A DNA stretch of 64,000 nt, taken from positions 3,308 to 67,307 of the forward strand of contig CAYHNT010000001.1 in assembly GCA_964358055.1 (NCBI GenBank), in the 5' to 3' direction. Source of the DNA: an uncultured archaeon (GTDB lineage Archaea > Iainarchaeota > Iainarchaeia > Iainarchaeales > VGJJ01). The translations under genes were made by a program, and so were the position numbers. Positions 57,747 through 64,000 of the stretch are shown one piece after another. The notes below the pieces were generated by a model that was not told where the DNA came from, searched no databases, and was given only the letters and a program-made list of their open reading frames with translations. Each line of letters starts with the position of its first letter. Positions within the stretch are counted from its first letter, which is position 1.

Positions 57747-57898
57747 TCATATATCGGGTGTCCGATGAGTTTTTTAAGCTCGCGGGGAAACACCGAATGA
57801 GGGAGTGTGGGGACTCCTTGTTTAGAGGCCCACTTTTTCGCTCAACGCATTATAGAGCCAGGCAAATAGTCCAGCAAGAATGGATTTATTTTCCAGCT

Positions 57899-60118
57899 TC
57901 ATTTGTGTTTCTTCTCCTCTCTACTGGATGAAAGTTTGGTTCCTCTCAATAAAAGAGCATTGCTCACCACGCTCACACTGCTCAGGGCCATGGCTCCTCC
58001 TGCTAGAATGGGGGAGAGCAGCCATCCCGTAAATGGATAGAGAATTCCCGCCGCGATGGGGATGCCTAATACATTGTAGATGAGTGCCCAGAACATTCCT
58101 TGTTTTATTTTGTCCATGGTAGCCTTTCCGAGTTTGAGGGCATTCACCACATCGTAGGGGTCGCCTTTCATGAGGACGATGTCCCCGGCTTCGATGGCAA
58201 TGTCCGTTCCTGAACCCATGGCGATGCCCAAGTCCGCCTGTGCGAGTGCGGGCGCGTCATTCACGCCGTCTCCCACAAACGCGACCTTTTTTCCTTGGGC
58301 TTGGAGTTTTTTTACATACGCTGCTTTTTCTTCCGGCAGCACGTGAGCGAAAACGTTGGGGATGCCGGCTTGTTTAGCAATGGCTTTGGCCGTGCGTTCA
58401 TTGTCTCCGGTAATCATCCAGGTTTCTTTTTTCCACTCATGCAACGTACGAATGGTGTGCATGGCGCTCTCTTTGAGGACATCGGCCACACCCAACACGG
58501 CGAGTGCTTTTTTTTGGCTGGATAATACAACGACTGTTTTTCCTTGATTCTCCCACTCCTCAATCATGTCCTCGTATGCGGTAAGGGAAATTTTTTGTTC
58601 TTCCATCCAGCGAATGTTTCCGAGTTTGTATTCGACTCCATTGTTTTTTCCCTGGACTCCCTTTCCAAAGGTTGCTTTGAATGATTCGATTTTCACAGGG
58701 GTTATTTTTTGGTGTGAAACGTACTGCGTAATGGCCTGTGCGAGAGGATGCTCTGATTTTTCTTCGAGCCCGCGCAAGAGGCCTAGTATTTCCTTCTCGC
58801 TCACGCGGGGGGCAAATTCAACATTAGTGACTTGGGGTTTTCCTTTCGTGATGGTTCCCGTTTTGTCAAAAATAATGGTGTCAATCGCATGCATGGTCTC
58901 CAATGCCTCGGCTCCTTTAATGAGGATGCCATTCTCCGCCCCCACGCCTGTTCCCACCATTATTGCGGTAGGGGTGGCGAGTCCAAGTGCGCACGGGCAC
59001 GCAATCACGAGCACGGAAACACTTGTAACGAGTGCAAACGCGAGCGTGGATTGTCCCAATGTCACCCATCCCCCAAAAGTTAAGATGGCGATGACGATAA
59101 CAATGGGCACGAACACGGCGGAGATTTGGTCAGCGAATCGTTGGATGTCCGCTTTTCCGCCCTGCGCTTCCTCCACCAATTGCACAATGCGTGCCAGCAC
59201 GGTATTTTTTCCAATTCCTCGAGCCTTGAATGTGATGTTCCCGTTTAGGTTGATGGTTCCCCCAACCACGGTGTCTCCTTTTTTCTTTTCAGCGGGAATG
59301 CTTTCTCCCGTAATCATGCTTTCATCAATGCTCGTTTGTCCCTCTACAATGATGCCATCCACCGGAATGCGCTCCCCTGGACGTACGACAATGAGGTCGT
59401 TCAATTTGACGGAGGCCACAGGCACCTCCACTTCTTTTTTTCCCCGTAGTACGCGTGCCATCTTGGAGCTTAAGTCCATGAGCTTGCGTATCGCGTCCCC
59501 CGTTTTTCGCTTGGCGATGGCTTCCAAATATTTTCCAAAAATAACCAGTGTAATGAGAATGGCTCCCACTTCAAAGTATTGTTCCTCCACCAAACCAAAC
59601 AAGGAGGCCACGCTATAGAAATAGGCCGCGCTGGTTCCTAGTGCGATGAGCGTGTCCATGCTGGCAGTCTTGTTAAGCAGTGCCGTCCATGCCCCCAAGT
59701 AAAAATGCCTTCCCACGTAGAATTGGACAGGAGTTGCGAGCACAAACAATACCCATTCACGGTAAGGAAAATCCATGAATATCATTCCGATGAGTAGGGC
59801 AGGAAAACTGAAGATGGCTCCGAGAATGAGTTGTTGTTTTAATTGTCTAATTTCGTGCTCGCGTAGTTGTTGTTCGCGCTGCGGAGAAACATCCAGGTTT
59901 GCCGTGTATCCTCTTTTTTTTACGGCCTCCATTAAATCGTTTTCATTGGCGAGTTTTTCATCAAACTCCACGTGTGCTTTTTGGGTCCCATAATTCACGT
60001 TGGCGGTTTTGACTCCGGGGATTTTCTCCAATGACTTCGTGATGAGCACGGCGCAGCTGGCGCAGTGCATTCCATCAATGGCCATTTCAATTTTTTTCAT
60101 GTTAAAACAATCCCCCAC
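57899..60118 (-). CDS. copA: Copper-translocating P1B-type ATPase (CopA-like)
   Basis: N-terminal [14 protein letters not shown] in TM6, [15 protein letters not shown]. 739 aa. Confidence 0.9.
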   Translation of the reverse strand: MGDCFNMKKIEMAIDGMHCASCAVLITKSLEKIPGVKTANVNYGTQKAHVEFDEKLANENDLMEAVKKRGYTANLDVSPQREQQLREHEIRQLKQQLILGAIFSFPALLIGMIFMDFPYREWVLFVLATPVQFYVGRHFYLGAWTALLNKTASMDTLIALGTSAAYFYSVASLFGLVEEQYFEVGAILITLVIFGKYLEAIAKRKTGDAIRKLMDLSSKMARVLRGKKEVEVPVASVKLNDLIVVRPGERIPVDGIIVEGQTSIDESMITGESIPAEKKKGDTVVGGTINLNGNITFKARGIGKNTVLARIVQLVEEAQGGKADIQRFADQISAVFVPIVIVIAILTFGGWVTLGQSTLAFALVTSVSVLVIACPCALGLATPTAIMVGTGVGAENGILIKGAEALETMHAIDTIIFDKTGTITKGKPQVTNVEFAPRVSEKEILGLLRGLEEKSEHPLAQAITQYVSHQKITPVKIESFKATFGKGVQGKNNGVEYKLGNIRWMEEQKISLTAYEDMIEEWENQGKTVVVLSSQKKALAVLGVADVLKESAMHTIRTLHEWKKETWMITGDNERTAKAIAKQAGIPNVFAHVLPEEKAAYVKKLQAQGKKVAFVGDGVNDAPALAQADLGIAMGSGTDIAIEAGDIVLMKGDPYDVVNALKLGKATMDKIKQGMFWALIYNVLGIPIAAGILYPFTGWLLSPILAGGAMALSSVSVVSNALLLRGTKLSSSREEKKHK

Positions 60119-61026
60119 GCGATGCTGGACTTGGGTCCAAATAAAATCAGTGCAAGCACGGCCAAGAAGAGGAGAGTATTCATCAGGGCGAATGGGATGA
60201 AATCCACGTGTTTTTTTTCCTCTTGAATAAGACCCACCTCCTTTACGATGAAATAGCTCATTCCCCCTAAGATAAGGATGCAGGCCCCAAATAGGATATA
60301 GAGGAATAGAATCAGGTTATCGGACAGCATCATCACGCTCAACATGGCCCCCATGGTCCCGGCCATGAGTCCGGCCATCATTCCTTCTAACACGCCCATG
60401 ATGCCGGTCTTGCGCACCGCATAGGCACTGGCGCTCATTCCAATGGTCATTCCTGTAAGGGAGCCCATGAACATGCCATTGGTGGCTCCTATCAGGGCGC
60501 CGCTCATGAATCCGGATATCATCCCCACAATCATTCCTGTCATCATCCCATTCGTACAGTTGAAATGCTGTCGCACGTTTCGGACGTGCAATAATGCACC
60601 TGCATTAACGGCTATTCCGAGGGGAAGCAAAATCAGAATGGGGGACAACTTGTAAAAAATTTCCATTTGGCTGAACCAAAAAAAATACGCTCCTCCGAGC
60701 ACGAGAAGGAGGAGGGTGAAGATGCCCATTGTTTGCGTGAACAGTTCGTGTTCGGCCTCGTAGCCGGGCTGGTTTCCCAGGATGCGTTTCATGACATAGG
60801 AGAAGTGCGGCTGGTTATTTTTTTCTTCATTCAAGTAGTTGTATTCGCGAAGCCTATTTTTGATTTGAGGCAAATCCTCTGCGTAGCAAGAAAGGGTCAA
60901 TGTTGTGGCGTCACTGGAGATGGATTCGATTTTGGCCTGGCTGTATCTGCGAAGTATTCTTCCGATGACCTTCTCGCATGCGTCGCATGAAACATTACGA
61001 ATGGGCAATTGGGTGGTGTGGGTCAT
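60097..61026 (-). CDS. HMA-domain membrane protein with Met/Gly-rich TMs (putative copper-handling transporter/CopD-like)
   Basis: N-terminal CDAC HMA-like region. C-terminal TMs rich in GM repeats ([17 protein letters not shown]...). Overlaps the copA start by 22 nt. Confidence 0.45.
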   Translation of the reverse strand: MTHTTQLPIRNVSCDACEKVIGRILRRYSQAKIESISSDATTLTLSCYAEDLPQIKNRLREYNYLNEEKNNQPHFSYVMKRILGNQPGYEAEHELFTQTMGIFTLLLLVLGGAYFFWFSQMEIFYKLSPILILLPLGIAVNAGALLHVRNVRQHFNCTNGMMTGMIVGMISGFMSGALIGATNGMFMGSLTGMTIGMSASAYAVRKTGIMGVLEGMMAGLMAGTMGAMLSVMMLSDNLILFLYILFGACILILGGMSYFIVKEVGLIQEEKKHVDFIPFALMNTLLFLAVLALILFGPKSSIAWGIVLT

Positions 61027-61047
61027 ATTTTTTTTCCTTTGACTCCC

Positions 61048-61245
61048 TTATGCCATCGTGTATCCTTCTTTTTCGATTGCTTTTTTGATGGCGGGTATTT
61101 CGTTATCGCTTTTAACATCGACTACTATTTCTCCTTTTTGGTGGTTGGCTGAAATCACTTTTCTTCCGTCCTCCTCGATGGCCTCTTTCAATAATATTTC
61201 ACAGCTCGTGCAGTGCATGCCCTTAATTTTGAGTGTTTTTTTCAT
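61048..61245 (-). CDS. copZ: Copper chaperone CopZ (HMA domain)
   Basis: 65 aa. KIKGMHCTSCE is the GMxCxxC motif. Confidence 0.8.
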   Translation of the reverse strand: MKKTLKIKGMHCTSCEILLKEAIEEDGRKVISANHQKGEIVVDVKSDNEIPAIKKAIEKEGYTMA

Positions 61246-61652
61246 TCAATCACCTCGATGATTCCATTGAACATTTTCATGGAGCAATGATAGGGGAATC
61301 TCCCTGTGCGTGTGGGAGTAAACTCGATGAGCGCCTCGCCTTGAGAAGGGGCGAGCTTTCGTATCTTGAATTCGGGGAAAATCACTTCCCTGCCGCACCC
61401 CGCATACTCGTCGGAGGAATAATGGATACGCACGGGAATGTCTTTCTTAACTTTCAAGTATGTTGGATTGTATACTCCTGCCTGCGTGGCCTTGAGATAG
61501 AGGTCTTGTTTTCCATCCACCATAGGGGGAAATGAAGTGTTGGGTGGAATGGTAATGGCTTTTCCCGTGGGGTTGGCCGATGCCCCAGTAATGAAAATAA
61601 ACCCAACGAGGGTCAGTCCGGCCATAAGTCCAACAATCAAAAGGTTATTCAT
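61242..61652 (-). CDS. Secreted cupredoxin-like domain protein (putative copper-binding)
   Basis: Start at Met26 (MNNLLIVGLMAG signal/TM). C-terminal FPYHCSMKMFNGIIEV is cupredoxin-like with Cys/His/Met ligands. 4-nt overlap with copZ. Confidence 0.4.
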   Translation of the reverse strand: MNNLLIVGLMAGLTLVGFIFITGASANPTGKAITIPPNTSFPPMVDGKQDLYLKATQAGVYNPTYLKVKKDIPVRIHYSSDEYAGCGREVIFPEFKIRKLAPSQGEALIEFTPTRTGRFPYHCSMKMFNGIIEVIE

Positions 61653-61662
61653 CGTATCACCA

Positions 61663-61727
61663 TATGTTTCATGCGTTGAAACAATATATATAAATGGATG
61701 AAACAGTGTTTCAGTTATATGAAACAT
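61663..61727. promoter_or_regulatory. Array of TGAAACA/TGTTTCA half-sites (two inverted repeats plus a single half-site) and TATA box in the cop divergent promoter
   Basis: TGTTTCA-tgcgt-TGAAACA (61665-61683), TATATATAAAT (61685-61696), TGAAACA-g-TGTTTCA (61699-61713), TGAAACA (61720-61726). Confidence 0.6.
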
Positions 61728-62246
61728 CCCTTATTTCGCCCCATTTCCATGCGCAAGCGGATGGGTCTCTGGCTGGTGCTGTCGGTTCTTTTTCTGGGGG
61801 TATTGACCCTTACCACTATTTCCTATTTTGCTCCCTCCTCCAACGGGTTCATTGGTTTTTTTGTCCAGTATCATTTTGAGGCCATGGTGTTGATTGGCCT
61901 GTTGGGCATTGGGATTGGCATGGCGAGCTCTTACTTGCTTTCAAAGGAATTGCAGGCCTCTCATGAGACGGTTCAAAGCCAGTCGGCCCTACTATTGTCT
62001 TTTTTGACCCCCTTGGAGAAAGAATGCGTATTATTCTTAGTCCAAAACAACGGGGAAACGTTTCAATCCGATTTGTCCAGACTTTCCGGGATGACTCGGT
62101 TGAAGGCGCATCGGATTGTGAGTAAATTACATGAGCGAAAAATTATCCATATCTCCTCTCACGGCAAGGCCAACAAAATCGTGTTGAGTGAGGAGTGGAA
62201 AAATGGCTTGATGGAGGGCCGCATAAAACGCGCAGACAGTGTATGA
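61698..62246 (+). CDS. Membrane-anchored winged-helix transcriptional regulator (candidate copper-responsive regulator)
   Basis: N-terminal TM ([18 protein letters not shown]), second TM, C-terminal wHTH ([31 protein letters not shown]). Start is ambiguous (61698, 61719 or 61749). Confidence 0.5.
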   Translation: MKQCFSYMKHPLFRPISMRKRMGLWLVLSVLFLGVLTLTTISYFAPSSNGFIGFFVQYHFEAMVLIGLLGIGIGMASSYLLSKELQASHETVQSQSALLLSFLTPLEKECVLFLVQNNGETFQSDLSRLSGMTRLKAHRIVSKLHERKIIHISSHGKANKIVLSEEWKNGLMEGRIKRADSV

Positions 62247-62863
62247 CGTCCGAACAAAACGAACTGTGTAAAGAACTGTTTGATTGTGGCGCAGTAAAAT
62301 TTGGATTATTCACACTCAAATCGGGACTGAAGAGTCCTATTTACATTGATTTACGCGTCCTCGTCTCGCATCCACCCATCCTCAAACGAGTGGCGCACTT
62401 GCTTCAACACTTGGCCTCCTCGTTACGATTTGATCGAATTGCTGCCATTCCATATGCTGCAATGCCCATTGGCACTGCATTAAGTTTAGAAACAGGGTGG
62501 CCCATGGTGTATGCGCGAAAAGAAATGAAAGAATATGGGACCAAGAAACAAATTGAAGGAAAATACAACGCAGGAGAAACCATCCTGGTGATTGACGATT
62601 TGATTACCACTGGAGAAAGTAAATTCGAAGCAATTAATCCTTTGATACAAGCCGAACTCGTGGTGCGTGATATTGTAGTGTTAATTGATCGTGAGCAGGG
62701 AGGAAAAAAAGAACTGGCCAGAAAAGGATACACTTTGCACTCAGTACTTACTATTTCTGAAATAATAAACGGACTAAAAGAAATTGGAAAAATATCTGAA
62801 ACACAATACGCCGATATTCAAACTTATCTTATGAGTCCTGAAAAATGGATTGAAGGAAAATAA
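62243..62863 (+). CDS. pyrE: Orotate phosphoribosyltransferase
   Basis: [21 protein letters not shown] and [17 protein letters not shown] motif. ATGA overlap with the regulator stop. Confidence 0.85.
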   Translation: MTSEQNELCKELFDCGAVKFGLFTLKSGLKSPIYIDLRVLVSHPPILKRVAHLLQHLASSLRFDRIAAIPYAAMPIGTALSLETGWPMVYARKEMKEYGTKKQIEGKYNAGETILVIDDLITTGESKFEAINPLIQAELVVRDIVVLIDREQGGKKELARKGYTLHSVLTISEIINGLKEIGKISETQYADIQTYLMSPEKWIEGK

Positions 62864-62867
62864 CCGT

Positions 62868-63113
62868 ATGTCTTTCGTCGTGTATTTACTTTCATGCGCG
62901 GACCGCTCGCTCTATTGCGGGTATACGAATGATATCGCTACGCGCGTAACTAAGCATAATGCTGGAAAGGCCAGTAAATACACACGTTCACGATTGCCCG
63001 TCAGGCTGGTACACAAAGAGAAATTTTCTACCCAACGCGAGGCCATGCAGCGTGAGGCGTTTATCAAAAAACTTTCGAGGAAAAAGAAACTAGAATTGGT
63101 TAAAGGAAATTAA
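62868..63113 (+). CDS. GIY-YIG nuclease domain protein (UPF0213/Slx1-like)
   Basis: FVVYLLSCADRSLYCGYTND..RV.KHN is the GIY-YIG core. 82 aa. Confidence 0.7.
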   Translation: MSFVVYLLSCADRSLYCGYTNDIATRVTKHNAGKASKYTRSRLPVRLVHKEKFSTQREAMQREAFIKKLSRKKKLELVKGN

Positions 63114-64000
63114 TTGTCGTCGTTTTTCTTGGCGTGCTTCAATCCGAAGTGCTTCACAATAGGAAAATCCTTCTGAGCATAGGCACCGGGTTTGTTTCCG
63201 AACTTTTTGAATCCAGGCTTACCAAATGGCTTCTTTCCATACGTCGAGTGTTTCTCAAACGGCTTTCGTTTCTCGAAACCATGTGATTTGTTTTTGGAAA
63301 AGAAGGGCTTTCCGGATGCTTCTTGCTGCGAAAACGAACCTTCTCCCGTTGCGCGACGGGGAGCAAAGTTGCCGGGCTTGAATCCATGTGAGGGGCGATT
63401 TCCATACGCGGGTCGAGCATGAGGACGGGGTCCTGAAGACACTTCATGTTCACGTGCAGGCTTTCCTTTTCCGGTTGTATACTGTTCGTTTGCTAATTCA
63501 TTCAACGGAACTTCCGTGATCTCGTGTGATTTATCCTTGATGATGGAGCGGAAATACGCATAGTCTGGGGGAGCCAGTAATGAAATGATTTTTCCTTCCT
63601 CTCCTGCTCGTGCTGTGCGTCCTGAGCGATGAATGTAGTCGCTGGGTGTGCGTGAAATGTCATAGTTGATGATGTGTGAAACGTTCTTGATGTCAAGACC
63701 GCGTGCGGCTACGTCACTCGCAACAAGTACGTGGAATCGTCCGCTATGAAAATCTTCGAGCGTGCGCTTGCGCTGATTCTGTGACAATCCACCGTGAATG
63801 GCTTCAGCTTTGATTCCATTCGCATTCAAATTTCGTTCAATCTTATCGACGTTTCTTCGTGTGCCACAGAAAATAATGGCCAATGGGGGTTTTTCTTCCT
63901 TCAAAATGTGCATGAGCAATCCAAATTTCTGATCAGACTTCTTGTCTAAGTCGTAATACATTTGGGAAAGCTTCCCTTTGTCTACGTACACTTCTGCCTT
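63110..64000 (-). CDS. DEAD-box RNA helicase (C-terminal part; N-terminus lies beyond the window)
   Basis: HRSGRTARAG (motif VI) and the RecA2 domain, followed by a Gly/Lys/Phe-rich low-complexity tail. ORF open to the window edge. Confidence 0.8.
   Translation of the reverse strand, partial: KAEVYVDKGKLSQMYYDLDKKSDQKFGLLMHILKEEKPPLAIIFCGTRRNVDKIERNLNANGIKAEAIHGGLSQNQRKRTLEDFHSGRFHVLVASDVAARGLDIKNVSHIINYDISRTPSDYIHRSGRTARAGEEGKIISLLAPPDYAYFRSIIKDKSHEITEVPLNELANEQYTTGKGKPAREHEVSSGPRPHARPAYGNRPSHGFKPGNFAPRRATGEGSFSQQEASGKPFFSKNKSHGFEKRKPFEKHSTYGKKPFGKPGFKKFGNKPGAYAQKDFPIVKHFGLKHAKKNDDN

Noticed and set aside
1-64000. CRISPR arrays, rRNA genes and IS/transposase genes
   Set aside because: No regularly spaced direct repeats, no rRNA-like conserved stretches and no transposase/integrase motifs (DDE, tyrosine-recombinase R..H..R..Y) were found on reading either strand.

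Overview
This 64 kb window reads as an archaeal chromosome segment. The supporting signs are canonical archaeal-style tRNAs, a Nop5-fibrillarin pair, class III (prepilin-like) signal peptides, palindromic TATA-like boxes about 25 bp upstream of starts, and abundant 4-nt start/stop overlaps. Gene content and moderate to low GC suggest a small-genome, possibly DPANN-like or episymbiotic lineage; that placement is inference only.

Housekeeping genes present: class I aminotransferase, GlyRS, AspRS, AsnRS, Nop5, fibrillarin, a Nop2/Sun methyltransferase, Dus, two beta-CASP RNases, AdoCbl-dependent class II RNR (NrdJ) plus a CobA-type adenosyltransferase, transaldolase, PyrE, MsrB, PepF, an ABC exporter and a partial DEAD-box helicase.

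Accessory content clusters in five places:
1. A low-GC, tightly coupled operon of secreted proteins that ends in a large HEFGH zinc metallopeptidase (M64-like) and two tiny membrane proteins (17.4-23.0 kb). This is my best candidate for an undescribed cell-surface proteolytic/adhesion module.
2. An N-anchored 2434-aa surface giant with CarboxypepD_reg-like repeats and a vWA/MIDAS domain.
3. Two tandem archaeal pilin-like genes carrying Myxococcus-type Cys-rich repeats.
4. A small island next to tRNA-Ile holding a stand-alone SIR2_2-like protein, a VapBC pair and AT-rich spacer.
5. A low-GC free-standing LAGLIDADG endonuclease abutting tRNA-Thr.

There is also a copper-resistance cluster (CopA, CopZ, an HMA-membrane protein, a cupredoxin-like protein) whose divergent promoter carries five TGAAACA half-sites next to a membrane-anchored wHTH regulator.

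No rRNA and no CRISPR array were seen. Three tRNAs were folded by hand. All protein calls rest on motif recognition in the ORF translations, since no searches could be run.
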